Source of the DNA: an uncultured Arcobacteraceae bacterium
GTDB taxonomy: Bacteria > Campylobacterota > Campylobacteria > Campylobacterales > Arcobacteraceae
Direction: 5' to 3'
Assembly (NCBI GenBank): GCA_964022095.1
Contig: CAXHZO010000008.1
Coordinates: forward strand, 18,729 to 82,728
DNA: 64,000 nt
Shown: positions 1-11,326 of the stretch, in pieces
Position numbering within the stretch: position 1 is the first letter of the stretch
How the letters are laid out: every line of letters begins with the position of its first letter
Program-made: the position numbers and the translations under genes
The notes under the pieces: generated by a model
What the model was told of the DNA's origin: nothing
The model's input: the letters and a program-made list of their open reading frames with translations, nothing else
The model's database searches: none

Positions 1-1535
1 GGGACGAAGATGCTGCAATGGGTTCTAGCTACCACGTAGAAGATATTCCTGCAGAATTACAAGATCAAGCTGAAGAATACAGAGAAAAAATGATTGAAGC
101 TGCTGCTGAATCATCTGAAGAGTTAATGGAAAAATACTTTGAAGAGGGTGAATTATCAGAAGAAGAAATCGTTGCTGGATTAAAAGCTGCTTGTTTAAAT
201 ATGACTATTACTCCAATGACTTGTGGTACTGCATTTAAAAACAAAGGTGTTCAAACTTTACTTGACGCTGTTTCTATGTATTTACCTGCACCAACTGAGG
301 TTGCTGATATTAATGGTGAAACTCAAGATGGTGAAGCTGTAATCGTTCCTTCTTCTGATGATGGTGAAGTTGCGGCATTAGCATTTAAAATTATGACTGA
401 CCCATTTGTTGGTCAATTAACATTCTCAAGAGTATATAGAGGACAATTAGAGTCTGGAACTTATGTAATGAACTCTACAAAAATGAAAAAAGAGAGAATC
501 GGAAGATTACTTAAAATGCACTCAAATAACAGAGAAGAAGTTAGTCAACTTTACGCTGGTGAAATTGGTGCAGTTGTTGGTCTTAAAAACACAATTACAG
601 GTGATACTTTAGCTTCTGAAAAAGATCCAGTTATCTTAGAAAGAATGGAGTTCCCTGAGCCAGTTATTTCTGTAGCAGTTGAGCCAAAAACTAAAGCTGA
701 CCAAGAAAAAATGGGTATTGCATTAGGAAAATTAGCAGAAGAAGATCCATCATTCAGAGTTAATACTGATGAAGAATCTGGACAAACTATTATTTCAGGA
801 ATGGGTGAGTTACACTTAGAAATTCTTGTTGATAGAATGAAAAGAGAATTTAAAGTTGAAGCTGAAGTTGGTGCTCCACAAGTTGCTTATAGAGAAACAA
901 TTAAAAACTCTGTTAAACAAGAGTACAAATATGCTAAACAATCTGGTGGTAAAGGTCAATACGGTCACGTATACTTAGAAATTACTCCATTACCAGCAGG
1001 TGGTGAAGAAAACTTTATCTTCAAAAACGACATTAAAGGTGGGGTTGTACCAAAAGAGTATGTTCCTGCAGTTCAAAAAGGTTGTGAAGAAGCAATGGCT
1101 GGTGGTATTTTAGCTGGTTATCCAATGGTTGATATCGAAGTTAGATTATACGATGGTTCTTACCATGATGTTGATTCATCTGAGATGGCGTTTAAATTAG
1201 CTGCATCTATGGGATTCAAGCAAGGTTGTAGAAGTGCAGCTGCTAATCCTATTATCTTAGAGCCAATCATGAAAGTTGAAATTGAAACTCCAGAAGAGTA
1301 CATGGGTGATGTTATTGGTGATTGTAATAAAAGAAGAGGACAAGTTCAATCTATGGATGACAGAGCTGGTGTTAAACTAGTTACTGCTATGATTCCATTA
1401 TCTGAAATGTTCGGTTACTCTACAGACTTAAGATCTATGTCTCAAGGTAGAGCAACTTATTCAATGATTTTTGATGCATACCAAGAAGTACCAAAAAATG
1501 TTTCTGATGAGATTATCGCAAAAAGAAACGGGTAA
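1..1535 (+). CDS. fusA: Elongation factor G (5'-truncated at window edge)
   Basis: Frame is open upstream of the ATG at 18; EF-G motifs [40 protein letters not shown]. Confidence 0.98.
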   Translation, partial: DEDAAMGSSYHVEDIPAELQDQAEEYREKMIEAAAESSEELMEKYFEEGELSEEEIVAGLKAACLNMTITPMTCGTAFKNKGVQTLLDAVSMYLPAPTEVADINGETQDGEAVIVPSSDDGEVAALAFKIMTDPFVGQLTFSRVYRGQLESGTYVMNSTKMKKERIGRLLKMHSNNREEVSQLYAGEIGAVVGLKNTITGDTLASEKDPVILERMEFPEPVISVAVEPKTKADQEKMGIALGKLAEEDPSFRVNTDEESGQTIISGMGELHLEILVDRMKREFKVEAEVGAPQVAYRETIKNSVKQEYKYAKQSGGKGQYGHVYLEITPLPAGGEENFIFKNDIKGGVVPKEYVPAVQKGCEEAMAGGILAGYPMVDIEVRLYDGSYHDVDSSEMAFKLAASMGFKQGCRSAAANPIILEPIMKVEIETPEEYMGDVIGDCNKRRGQVQSMDDRAGVKLVTAMIPLSEMFGYSTDLRSMSQGRATYSMIFDAYQEVPKNVSDEIIAKRNG

Positions 1536-1559
1536 TTTATATAAATAAATTTACTTTTT

Positions 1560-1592
1560 AAAGGGATATGCATTTTGCATATCCCTTTTTTT
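1560..1592 (+). terminator. Rho-independent terminator after fusA
   Basis: AAAGGGATATGCA-ttt-TGCATATCCCTTT hairpin running into a T tract. Confidence 0.85.
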
Positions 1593-1665
1593 ATTGCATT
1601 ATATATGTTATTTCTGATAAATTTGATACAATAATTTATATAATTTAATATCACAAAGAGAAAAT

Positions 1666-2535
1666 TTGAAAGTAGAAAAAAATAGCGAACTGCTAAAGTC
1701 TATAAATAAAGCAGGAATAATACTTAAACCATCTAGCCCAGAATTAAGAGATGATTTCTTTAAAATTAAAGAGCTATTTCAAAATGTAGGAATTGAAGTT
1801 TATTTAGAAAATGATTCAGCCCAAATGATAGATATTGATGGAGATTTATCATTTAATGAATTATGTAAAAAAGTAGATTTTTTAGTTTCTGTTGGCGGAG
1901 ATGGGACACTACTTTCTGTTTCAAGAAGATCATTTAAATCAAATATTCCTGTTTTAGGTATTAATCTTGGAACTTTAGGATTCTTAACTGATATAAACAT
2001 GGATCAGCTTCCAGGATTTTTAGAAGACTTAAAAAACAATAGATATAAAATTGATAATAGAATGATGGTAGAAGGTAGTGTTAATTCAAATAATTTTGTA
2101 GCTTTTAATGATATTGTTATTACAAGAAAATCTATTTCATCAATGATTAAAATTAAAGCCAAAATTGATGGTAAACCTTTTAATTCTTATTTTGGAGATG
2201 GTGTGATTATTTCAACTCCAACTGGTTCAACTGCATATAATTTATCAGTTGGAGGACCAATTGTATATCCTTTAACAGAAGCTTTTATTATAACTCCAGT
2301 TGCTCCGCACTCTTTAACACAAAGACCACTTGTTATGCCTGCTGATTTTGAAATAGAGTTTAAAATTTCTGATACTCAAGGTGCAGTTGTTATAGTTGAT
2401 GGGCAAGATATATATGAAATACAACAAAATGATTCTGTAAAAATTAAAATTGCATCGAAAAAAGCAAAAATGTTACATAGATGTGAGAGAAACTTTTTTG
2501 CAGTTTTAAATGAAAAATTAGCATGGGGAAATTAA
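1666..2535 (+). CDS. nadK: NAD(+) kinase
   Basis: GGDGT, GINLGTLGFL, ND and TPTGSTAYNLSVGGP motifs; TTG start. Confidence 0.95.
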   Translation: MKVEKNSELLKSINKAGIILKPSSPELRDDFFKIKELFQNVGIEVYLENDSAQMIDIDGDLSFNELCKKVDFLVSVGGDGTLLSVSRRSFKSNIPVLGINLGTLGFLTDINMDQLPGFLEDLKNNRYKIDNRMMVEGSVNSNNFVAFNDIVITRKSISSMIKIKAKIDGKPFNSYFGDGVIISTPTGSTAYNLSVGGPIVYPLTEAFIITPVAPHSLTQRPLVMPADFEIEFKISDTQGAVVIVDGQDIYEIQQNDSVKIKIASKKAKMLHRCERNFFAVLNEKLAWGN

Positions 2536-4065
2536 TTGATAAATAGAGTATACTTAAAAGATTGCTTATCTTTTCAAGAAGTTGATTTAGAGTTTAACAA
2601 AGGTTTAAATGTTTTTACAGGTCCAAGTGGAGCTGGTAAATCTATATTAATGCAAGGAATTTTATCACTATTTTCTCAAAGTGATGTAAAAGCAAATTTA
2701 GGTGAAGTTGAACTTATCAATAACTCAGTAGAAAATGAGTTATATGATATCTCAAAAAATGATGATATTGTAATTAAAACAATAAAAAAAGAAAAAGTTA
2801 GATACTTTTTAAATAATCAAACAATATCAAAAAAAAATCTAAATGTATTCTCTTCAAAATTAATAAAACATTTAAACTTAAAAGATACAAGTGATTTCGA
2901 GTCAAAAAAACTATTAGTTTTCTTAGATAAATTATGCCAAAAAGAGATGTCAGAGTTTAAAGATATTAAGCAACAATACGATGTTTTATATTTAGAGTAT
3001 ACTAAAGCAAAAAAAGAGTTAGAAAAACTTTTAGAAGATGAAAATAAACTTGAAGATTTAAAAGAGTTTGCAAGATTTGAAATTGAAAAAATAGAATCTA
3101 TCAATCCTTCAGTTGATGAATATGAAGAATTGAGCTTATTAAAAAAACGACTCACAAAAAAAGAGAAAATACAAGAAGCCATTGAAAAAGCAAACCCAAT
3201 ATTTGAGCTTACTCACAATGTATCAAATGCACTAGAAATTTTAGATGAAAATAGTACATTTTTTGATGATGCTATTAATGAATTAAATAATATATTTGAA
3301 AGATTCAATGATTCTTTATATGAATTAGAGGAAATAGATATTGAAACAGTTCTTGATAGAATTGAAAAGTTATCTGCATTACAAAAAAGATTTGGCTCTA
3401 TTGTTGAAGCTTTAAAGTACAAGGATGAAAAGAAAAAAGAACTTGATTCTTATGAGAATATTACTTTTGAGAAACAACAATTAGAATCAAAAGTTAATGA
3501 ATCAATTATAAAATTAAATACTCTTGCAAAAGAAATTTCAAAATATAGAGTACTCGCTAGTAAAACATTAGAAGAAAAAATGAATTATTATTTAAAATAT
3601 TTATACTTAAGTAATGCAAAAATTATTATTGAAGAAAAAGACTTAGATTTTACTGGAATCGATGAAGTAAAATTTGAATTAAATGGTGTAAATTTAAATA
3701 CTATTAGTTCTGGTGAGTTTAATAGACTAAGATTATCTTTATTGACAAGTATGAGTGAATATCAAATTGTTGATGATGGTATTTTATTTTTAGATGAGAT
3801 TGATGCAAACTTAAGTGGTAAAGAAAGTGAAGCTATAGCTAAAGTTTTAGAACAACTTTCAAACACATATCAAATTTTTGCAATATCTCATCAACCTCAA
3901 TTAACTTCCTCTGCACACCAACACTTTTTAGTGGATAAAAAAGATGGAAACTCTATTGTTAGAAAATTAACAAAAGATGAAAAAATCAATGAAATTGCAA
4001 GAATGATTAGTGGTGAAGAGCTAAGTGCACATGCAATGGATTTTGCAAGGCAGATAGTTAAATAA
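2536..4065 (+). CDS. recN: DNA repair protein RecN
   Basis: Walker A GPSGAGKS, long coiled coil, SSGE signature, FLDEID, ISHQPQL, EIARMISG; adjacent to nadK. Confidence 0.93.
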   Translation: MINRVYLKDCLSFQEVDLEFNKGLNVFTGPSGAGKSILMQGILSLFSQSDVKANLGEVELINNSVENELYDISKNDDIVIKTIKKEKVRYFLNNQTISKKNLNVFSSKLIKHLNLKDTSDFESKKLLVFLDKLCQKEMSEFKDIKQQYDVLYLEYTKAKKELEKLLEDENKLEDLKEFARFEIEKIESINPSVDEYEELSLLKKRLTKKEKIQEAIEKANPIFELTHNVSNALEILDENSTFFDDAINELNNIFERFNDSLYELEEIDIETVLDRIEKLSALQKRFGSIVEALKYKDEKKKELDSYENITFEKQQLESKVNESIIKLNTLAKEISKYRVLASKTLEEKMNYYLKYLYLSNAKIIIEEKDLDFTGIDEVKFELNGVNLNTISSGEFNRLRLSLLTSMSEYQIVDDGILFLDEIDANLSGKESEAIAKVLEQLSNTYQIFAISHQPQLTSSAHQHFLVDKKDGNSIVRKLTKDEKINEIARMISGEELSAHAMDFARQIVK

Positions 4066-4156
4066 AATAATATAAATAACTTTTGGATACATTTCTAAAT
4101 AATCGTTACTAATTGAATTATCCCCAATACTTATATTATAAATAATCAAAAATAAT

Positions 4157-4186
4157 TTGACTTTTCTAATTAATAATTGCTATACT
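4157..4186 (+). promoter_or_regulatory. Sigma70 promoter for the chemoreceptor gene
   Basis: TTGACT-18 bp-TATACT with TGn extended -10. Confidence 0.65.
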
Positions 4187-4214
4187 CAATTATAGAATAC
4201 TAGGGGGGAAAGTC

Positions 4215-7133
4215 ATGGGGTCAAATTTATCAATAAAAGCAAAGTTATTGCTTTTAGCTTTAATAACAATAATTGTTGTTTCAATTTCAATTACTATTGA
4301 TTCAATATACTCAATCAATAAATTATCAAGTGAAAACATAGAGAATTACGAAAAAGAAGCTTATGCAAAAAAAGAGAAAGAACTTCAAAATTATGTTTCT
4401 TTAGCTTATAAAACTATAGAGTCTTATTATGAAAGAACATCTATAGAAAAAGTTAAAATAGAAGTACAAAGTGATTTAAAAGATCAAACAAACTTTTTAT
4501 TTTCAGTACTTAATGCGGAGTATGAAAAATTAAAAGATAGTTTATCAACTGAGGCTTTGCAGTATAGATTAAAATCTATTATTAATGCATCAAGATATGG
4601 AACAAACGGTTATTTTTGGGTTAATGATATAAATGCGGTAATTGTTACTCATCCAATAAAACCACAATTAAATGGTAGAGATATGATTGACTACAAAGAT
4701 AAAGGTGGGAAAAGAATATTCTTTGAATTTGCAAAAGTTGCAAAACAAAATGGGGATGGTTATGTTGATTATGTATGGCCAAAACCAGGATTTGAAAAGC
4801 CACAACCGAAAGTATCTTACGTGAAATTATTTAAGCCATATGGTTGGGTAATTGGAACTGGAGCTTATGTTGATGATGTTACTTCAAAACTTCAAGAAGA
4901 AGCAAAAGAAGCAATCAAAAATATGAGATATGGTAAAGATGGATATTTCTGGATTAATAGTTCTTATCCTAAAATGGTAATGCATCCAATAAAACCTGCT
5001 TTAATAGGAAAAGATTTATCTAATAATCAAGATGCAAGAGGTAAGAAACATTTTGTTGAGATGGTTAAAGTTTCTAATGCAAAACCAGAAGGTGGATTAG
5101 TGACTTATATGTGGGATAGACCAGGAAAAGCAGGTGATCCAAGAGAAAAGTTCTCATATGTGAAAAAGTTTGAGCAATGGGATTGGATTATTGGTACTGG
5201 TGAGTATGTTGATAATATTAAGCAAGATGTTCTTCTTATGGAAAATAAAACAAAAGAAGATATTACTAATATCATTATTTATATTTCAATATTTGCACTT
5301 ATTGCAATAATTATCTCTTATATTGTTTATAGTGTATTAATTAACAGAACTATTATTAAACCAATTGATAATTTAAAAGATGCTGTTGACACTATTACAA
5401 ATAGTAATAATAATGCAGGTGAGATTGAAAAAACTTCAAATGATGAAATTGGTAGTTTAGTTGATAGTTTTAATGCTTATGTAAATAAATTAAAAGATGG
5501 ATATGAGCAAGATGCTAAAGTAATTGAAGAAGTTGATAGTGTAATTGACAAAGTAAATAAAGGTTTCTATATTTATAAAATTACAAAAACATCTAACAAT
5601 CCTCAAATTATGAGATTAAGAGATTCTATTAATAGTATGATTGATAAAACTAATGAAAATTTAACAAAGTTAAATAATGTTTTAATCGAATATGGTAATT
5701 CAAACTTTGTTTCAAATGAGAATGTAAAAGGAGATGATGTAAATGGTATTATCTCATCACTTGTTTCAAGTACAAATTTAGTTGGATCATCAGTATCTAA
5801 CTTCTTATCAATGATTGTTGAAAGTGGTAAAAAATTAAATGATGATACAAAAGTTTTATCTGAATCATCAGCTAACTTATCAAGTTCAGCTAATCAACAA
5901 GCTGCATCTTTAGAAGAAACAGCAGCTGCGGTTGAAGAGATTACTTCAATTGTTAAATCAAATGTACATAATATTGGAAGAATGTCTCAATTAGCAAATG
6001 AATTAAATCATTCTTCACAAGAGGGTGAATCTTTAGCATCTCAAACTACACAAGCTATGGATGAGATTGATGATCAAGTTAAATCAATTAATGAAGCAAT
6101 TACAGTAATTGATCAAATTGCATTCCAAACAAATATTTTATCACTAAATGCTGCAGTTGAAGCTGCAACTGCAGGTGAAGCTGGAAAAGGATTTGCTGTT
6201 GTTGCACAAGAAGTTAGAAATCTTGCAAGTAGATCAGCCGAAGCTGCAAAAGAGATTAAAGATATTGTTGAAAATGCAACAAGTAAAGCTAATGAAGGTA
6301 AAATAATTGCAAATAATATGATTGGTGGATATAGTTCATTAAATGAAAAAATTAATGAAACTATTGGCTTAATTGCAAATGTAAATCAAGCAAGTACAGA
6401 AGAAGAAAAAGGTATTATTCAAATTAATGATGCGATTAATGCCCTTGACAGAGCAACTCAAGTAAATGCAAATTCAGCTACTACAATTAGTGGTTTAGCA
6501 TCAGAAGTATCTGCACTTTCTGATACTTTAATCCAAGTTGCTGATAGAGCAAACTTTAATGTTATGAGTAAAGAATCTATTAAAGATATTGATTTAGTAT
6601 TTAAAATTTCTAAGTTAAAATCAGATCACATCAAGTTTAAAAGTGATAATTTCAATAAATTATCTACAACTAGTACTTCATGGAAAGTTAAATCTTGTTC
6701 AGAGTGTGATTTAGGAAGATGGATTAGTGAGCAAGAAGGTTTAGGAAAAGAGTTTACAAAAACATCTAATTGGAGATTATTAAAAGAGAAACATGAATTA
6801 GTTCATGGATATGTACAATCTTATATTGATGAGGATTGTAAAGGAAATCTTGATTCTGAATTATTAAATGAATTCTCTTCGAAACTTGATACTACTACAT
6901 TAGAATTATTTGATTGTTTAGAACAAATAAAAATTGAAAATGTTTTAGAGAAAAAAGAGATAATCGATGCTAAGCCACAACCAGTTAAACGTGAAGAAAT
7001 AGCGCCTGTAAGAGCCTCTAGTGTTAGTAAAGCAAAAGAGACAAAAGCAGAAGCTAAAAAAGAAGTAAACTATAATGATAATAAAGTTATAACTTCAAAC
7101 AACAATAGTGATGATGAATGGGAAAGCTTTTAG
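4215..7133 (+). CDS. Methyl-accepting chemotaxis protein: tandem Cache sensors, HAMP, signalling domain, C-terminal CZB domain
   Basis: Two TM segments; two GYFW...HP...WIIGTG Cache repeats; [41 protein letters not shown] pattern; terminal EWESF. Confidence 0.93.
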   Translation: MGSNLSIKAKLLLLALITIIVVSISITIDSIYSINKLSSENIENYEKEAYAKKEKELQNYVSLAYKTIESYYERTSIEKVKIEVQSDLKDQTNFLFSVLNAEYEKLKDSLSTEALQYRLKSIINASRYGTNGYFWVNDINAVIVTHPIKPQLNGRDMIDYKDKGGKRIFFEFAKVAKQNGDGYVDYVWPKPGFEKPQPKVSYVKLFKPYGWVIGTGAYVDDVTSKLQEEAKEAIKNMRYGKDGYFWINSSYPKMVMHPIKPALIGKDLSNNQDARGKKHFVEMVKVSNAKPEGGLVTYMWDRPGKAGDPREKFSYVKKFEQWDWIIGTGEYVDNIKQDVLLMENKTKEDITNIIIYISIFALIAIIISYIVYSVLINRTIIKPIDNLKDAVDTITNSNNNAGEIEKTSNDEIGSLVDSFNAYVNKLKDGYEQDAKVIEEVDSVIDKVNKGFYIYKITKTSNNPQIMRLRDSINSMIDKTNENLTKLNNVLIEYGNSNFVSNENVKGDDVNGIISSLVSSTNLVGSSVSNFLSMIVESGKKLNDDTKVLSESSANLSSSANQQAASLEETAAAVEEITSIVKSNVHNIGRMSQLANELNHSSQEGESLASQTTQAMDEIDDQVKSINEAITVIDQIAFQTNILSLNAAVEAATAGEAGKGFAVVAQEVRNLASRSAEAAKEIKDIVENATSKANEGKIIANNMIGGYSSLNEKINETIGLIANVNQASTEEEKGIIQINDAINALDRATQVNANSATTISGLASEVSALSDTLIQVADRANFNVMSKESIKDIDLVFKISKLKSDHIKFKSDNFNKLSTTSTSWKVKSCSECDLGRWISEQEGLGKEFTKTSNWRLLKEKHELVHGYVQSYIDEDCKGNLDSELLNEFSSKLDTTTLELFDCLEQIKIENVLEKKEIIDAKPQPVKREEIAPVRASSVSKAKETKAEAKKEVNYNDNKVITSNNNSDDEWESF

Positions 7134-7148
7134 AAGCTTCCCTTCATC
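7113..7148 (+). terminator. Imperfect hairpin overlapping the MCP stop codon
   Basis: GATGAAtGGGaAAGCTT-ttag-AAGCTTCCCTTCATC; no clear U tract. Confidence 0.35.
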
Positions 7149-7256
7149 ACATAAGAAATTAGACAAAATCTCTCCTCTTTTATATTTATAAAAAAATAGA
7201 TATAATTCCAAAAATATTAATAAAAACTTACTATTATGAAAAATCAAAGGAAATTT

Positions 7257-8540
7257 ATGAACGATAAAAAAGTAGAGTTACTATCACCAGCTGGTAATTT
7301 AGAAAAGTTAAAAATTGCTATTAAATATGGTGCAGATGCAGTTTATGCAGGTGTTAGTCACTTTAGTTTAAGAATTAGAGCTGGAAAAGAATTCACATTT
7401 GAAACTTTTAAAGAGGGAATCGATTATGCTCATGCAAGAGGCAAAAGAGTATATGCAACTATTAATGGATTTCCTTTTAACTCACAAATTGATTTATTAA
7501 AAAAACATATTTTATCAATGGCTGAACTAGAACCTGATGCATTTATTGTAGCTGCACCCGGTGTTGTAAGATTATGTAGAGAACTAGCTCCTCAAATTCC
7601 AATTCATTTATCAACTCAAGCAAATGTACTAAACTACATGGATGCACAAGTATTTTGGGATATGGGAGTAAAAAGAATTGTTGTTGCAAGAGAAATATCA
7701 TTAAAAGATGTTAAAGAGATAAAAAAACATTTACCTGAAATGGAGATAGAGATTTTTGCTCATGGTTCTATGTGTTTTGCATACTCTGGAAGATGTTTAG
7801 TAAGTGCAGTTCAAATGGGTAGAGTTCCAAATAGAGGATCTTGTGCAAATGATTGTAGATTTGAATATACTTTATATGCTGCAAATGAAGATCATAGCAC
7901 TTTATTTAGATTAGAAGAAGAACCGGGTGTTGGTACTTATATTTTCAATTCAAAAGATTTAAATTTAGCTTCACATATAAAAGAGATTTTAGATTCAGGA
8001 GCGGTTAACGCTCTTAAAATTGAAGGTAGAACAAAATCACCATATTATGCAGCAGTAACAGCAAAAACATATAGAACTGCAATTGATGATTATTTTGCAG
8101 ATAACTTTGAAGCTGATAAATATCAAAGAGAATTACATACTACAAAAAATAGAGGCTTCACTGATGCATACTTAGTTCATAGACCATTTGAGAAAACAGA
8201 TTCTCAAAACCATGAATATGCTTTAAGTAAAGGTTCTTATGAGGTAAGTGGTTTAGTTACAGATGATGAAGAACATTTTATGTGTAAATATAAAACTTTT
8301 CCAAATGAAAATATAGAAATTTTTACACCAAATGGTGAAATTTTACAAGAGTGTGAAAATGAAATTGGGAAGATTTTTAAAGGTGAAAATGGAATTTATT
8401 ACATTAACTTTAAAAAGATACTAACAGAATCAGGAAAAGAGTTAGAAGCAGTTCATAGTGGAAATACTAACAAAATCAAACTTCCTGGAAAACTTCCATA
8501 TCTAACGATGTTTAGAATTGAAAATAAAGAAGAAAATTAA
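7257..8540 (+). CDS. U32 family Fe-S protein (TrhP/YegQ-like tRNA hydroxylation)
   Basis: ELLSPAG, HLSTQAN, CFAYSGRC..CANDC, LKIEGR; start placed at ATG 7257 behind AAGGA (ORF opens at 7236). Confidence 0.85.
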   Translation: MNDKKVELLSPAGNLEKLKIAIKYGADAVYAGVSHFSLRIRAGKEFTFETFKEGIDYAHARGKRVYATINGFPFNSQIDLLKKHILSMAELEPDAFIVAAPGVVRLCRELAPQIPIHLSTQANVLNYMDAQVFWDMGVKRIVVAREISLKDVKEIKKHLPEMEIEIFAHGSMCFAYSGRCLVSAVQMGRVPNRGSCANDCRFEYTLYAANEDHSTLFRLEEEPGVGTYIFNSKDLNLASHIKEILDSGAVNALKIEGRTKSPYYAAVTAKTYRTAIDDYFADNFEADKYQRELHTTKNRGFTDAYLVHRPFEKTDSQNHEYALSKGSYEVSGLVTDDEEHFMCKYKTFPNENIEIFTPNGEILQECENEIGKIFKGENGIYYINFKKILTESGKELEAVHSGNTNKIKLPGKLPYLTMFRIENKEEN

Positions 8541-8547
8541 AAAATAA

Positions 8548-9810
8548 ATGATATTTTTTAGAGTTACAGGCAATATAAATATAAAAACTACTGATGGGAC
8601 TATGGTTAACTATTATAAGTTCCGTAGACCATCAAACTTAAATAATGAAACTGCATATATATCCACTTATGATGATTATAATGATTTAAAAGGCGTTTTT
8701 AAAAGAATCGATAAAGATAAGTTTTTTACTAGATTACTAAATGAAGATAAAATCAGAAATCTAGAAGGTTTCCCTATTGAATTGGGTATTTCTAATTATA
8801 ATGAATATACAAAAACACAAGAGTGTGAAAGTGAATATTTTTTAGAAGACACAATAATTGATTTATATAAACAATTAAAAGTGATTGATAAAGAAGAAGT
8901 AAAACTTGTAATTATTGGAAGTTTAGGTAAAACAATTAGTGAAATGATAGCTTCAAGTACAGCACTTAGAATTCTACATTCAAAATTAAAAGAAATTTAT
9001 AAAACAATAAAAATTGACCTTTATTTAAATGCTTCAAATAACAGTTTTTATAGTAGAGACAAATCTATTTATGAAAAATTAAATTTTATTGAAAATATAT
9101 ATCCATTAAGTATTAGTGTAAAAACTTTTACACAATATGATTATTTTATTGATACAAGCTCTTTTATAAACTCTGCATATTTCAAAGAGTTAAACTATGT
9201 TGATGCATGGCTTTATAAATTTGGTATTGATTATAAAAAAATAAAAGATAATTTAAAATTCAATGAAATAGATTTATCTAAAGTTACAATAAAAAAACAG
9301 ATTACAGAAAAAATAAATAAGGCAAAAGAAAAAGGAAAACTACTTTTATATCACCCTTACTCTGCTAACTTGAAAAAATCAATTCCTCAAACTTATGCTA
9401 TTGATATTCTAAAAAAATTATTAAAAGAAAATGAAGATTATGTAATTGTTAGCGCTTTAAATATTGATTCAAAAATTAAAGATGAAATGTTTTTAGATTT
9501 ATCAAAAGATTCAAAAAGTTTGACAGAATTTATGTACATTATCTCACAAATGAATAGTGTATTAACAGTAGATACAGCAACCTTTCATATTAGTGATTCT
9601 TTTATGATACCTACAGTTGCTATTTTTAATAATGAAGAGTATGAAAAAGAAACAAAGTACTATCCTTTTGTAAAATCTATTAGGGTTTATGATGAATCAA
9701 AAAATTTATCAAAGTTTATTTTTGATAATGAAGACTTAACTATCTATAAATTTGAATCTTGGAAAAAGCTCAAGATTAGTAAGATTATAAAACTATTAGA
9801 AAGTTTTTGA
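8548..9810 (+). CDS. Glycosyltransferase family 9-like protein with N-terminal extension
   Basis: C-terminal LTVDTATFHISDSFMIPTVAIF and HPYSA resemble GT9 heptosyltransferase motifs. Confidence 0.55.
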   Translation: MIFFRVTGNINIKTTDGTMVNYYKFRRPSNLNNETAYISTYDDYNDLKGVFKRIDKDKFFTRLLNEDKIRNLEGFPIELGISNYNEYTKTQECESEYFLEDTIIDLYKQLKVIDKEEVKLVIIGSLGKTISEMIASSTALRILHSKLKEIYKTIKIDLYLNASNNSFYSRDKSIYEKLNFIENIYPLSISVKTFTQYDYFIDTSSFINSAYFKELNYVDAWLYKFGIDYKKIKDNLKFNEIDLSKVTIKKQITEKINKAKEKGKLLLYHPYSANLKKSIPQTYAIDILKKLLKENEDYVIVSALNIDSKIKDEMFLDLSKDSKSLTEFMYIISQMNSVLTVDTATFHISDSFMIPTVAIFNNEEYEKETKYYPFVKSIRVYDESKNLSKFIFDNEDLTIYKFESWKKLKISKIIKLLESF

Positions 9811-9816
9811 TATAAT
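9808..9816 (+). promoter_or_regulatory. Extended -10 promoter upstream of purE
   Basis: TGaTATAAT about 30 bp before the start codon. Confidence 0.6.
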
Positions 9817-9847
9817 CGCAAATTAATAGATTAATAAGGAACTAAAA

Positions 9848-10342
9848 ATGAATTTTGTTTCAATTATAATGGGTAGTAAATCAGACTATGAAATTATGAA
9901 GCACTGTGCTGATACATTTGAAAAATTCAATGTAAAGTACGAAATTATAATTTCTTCAGCTCATAGAAGTCCAAAGAGAACTAAGGACTATATTAAAGAA
10001 GCTGAAGAAAAAGGTGCAGTTGCATTTATTGCTGCTGCTGGTATGGCTGCTCATTTAGCAGGTGCCGTTGCTGCAACTACAACTAAACCAGTTATTGGTG
10101 TACCTATGAAAGGTGGAGCTATGGATGGTATGGATGCAATGCTTTCAACTGTTCAAATGCCTGCTGGTATGCCTGTTGGTACTGTTGCACTTGGTAGAAG
10201 TGGAGCAATCAATGCTGCTTATTTAGCTATGCAAATTTTAGCTATATATGATCCAGAATTAGCAACAAAATTAAAAGAAGATAGAATCGTTCAATCTAAA
10301 AAAGTAGAGAGTGATTCAAAAGATATCGAAATTATTTTATAG
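9848..10342 (+). CDS. purE: N5-CAIR mutase
   Basis: IIMGSKSD, SAHRSP, AGMAAHL, VQMPAGMPV. Confidence 0.97.
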   Translation: MNFVSIIMGSKSDYEIMKHCADTFEKFNVKYEIIISSAHRSPKRTKDYIKEAEEKGAVAFIAAAGMAAHLAGAVAATTTKPVIGVPMKGGAMDGMDAMLSTVQMPAGMPVGTVALGRSGAINAAYLAMQILAIYDPELATKLKEDRIVQSKKVESDSKDIEIIL

Positions 10343-10442
10343 AGGTATCTATAACACCAAGTATAGTAAACTTATATTTGGTGTAAGCAAATAAAAGCTT
10401 ATTTTTAATCTAAAAAATCAAATACAATTAGGAATAAAATAG

Positions 10443-11324
10443 ATGGTTACATTTTCACAAATTCTATTAAAGTTACAAGAGTTTTGGGCAAATCAAGGTT
10501 GTAATATTGTTCAGCCATATGATATCCCAGCAGGTGCAGGAACATTTCACCCTGCTACTCTTTTAAGAAGTTTAGATTCAACACCATGGAGTACAGCTTA
10601 TGTTGCTCCTAGTAGAAGACCAACTGATGGTAGATATGGTGAAAACCCAAATAGATTAGGTGCTTATTACCAATTTCAAACACTAATCAAACCAAGTCCA
10701 GATAATATTCAAGATTTATATTTACAGTCATTAGAGTTTCTAGGACTAGATTTATCAAAACATGATATTAGATTTGTAGAAGATAATTGGGAGTCTCCAA
10801 CACTTGGTGCCTGGGGACTTGGATGGGAAGTATGGTTAGATGGAATGGAAGTAACTCAATTTACTTACTTCCAACAAGTTGGTGGCTTACCTTGTGATCC
10901 AGTTGCTGTTGAAATTACTTATGGTACTGAAAGACTTGCAATGTATTTACAAGGTGTTGATTCTGTATTTGATATTGTTTGGAATGAAAATGCACATGGA
11001 ACAACAACTTACGCAGATGTTCACAAAGAAGGAGAATATGAATTCTCTAAATATAATTTTGAAATAGCTGATACAGATATGCTATTTAGGCATTTTGATG
11101 ATGCCTTTAATGAGTGTAAATCATGTTTAGATGCAGGTTTACCATTACCTGCATATGATCAGTGTATGATTGCTTCTCATGCATTTAATACTTTAGATGC
11201 AAGAAAAGCAATATCTGTAACAGAAAGACAAAACTATATTTTAAAAGTTAGAGAGCTTGCTCAAGGTTGTGCAGTACTTTACAAAGAGCAAGAAGAAGAT
11301 AGATTAAAAAGAATTGGTAGATAA
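10443..11324 (+). CDS. glyQ: Glycine-tRNA ligase alpha subunit
   Basis: [50 protein letters not shown]. Confidence 0.98.
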   Translation: MVTFSQILLKLQEFWANQGCNIVQPYDIPAGAGTFHPATLLRSLDSTPWSTAYVAPSRRPTDGRYGENPNRLGAYYQFQTLIKPSPDNIQDLYLQSLEFLGLDLSKHDIRFVEDNWESPTLGAWGLGWEVWLDGMEVTQFTYFQQVGGLPCDPVAVEITYGTERLAMYLQGVDSVFDIVWNENAHGTTTYADVHKEGEYEFSKYNFEIADTDMLFRHFDDAFNECKSCLDAGLPLPAYDQCMIASHAFNTLDARKAISVTERQNYILKVRELAQGCAVLYKEQEEDRLKRIGR

Positions 11325-11326
11325 GT

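Noticed and set aside
2780-3170. Poly-A runs in recN as frameshift or slippage sites
   Set aside because: The reading frame is intact and such Lys-codon runs are expected at this AT content.
4203-4208. G6 tract before the MCP start as a phase-variation site
   Set aside because: Shorter than typical Campylobacter contingency tracts and explained as the ribosome-binding site.
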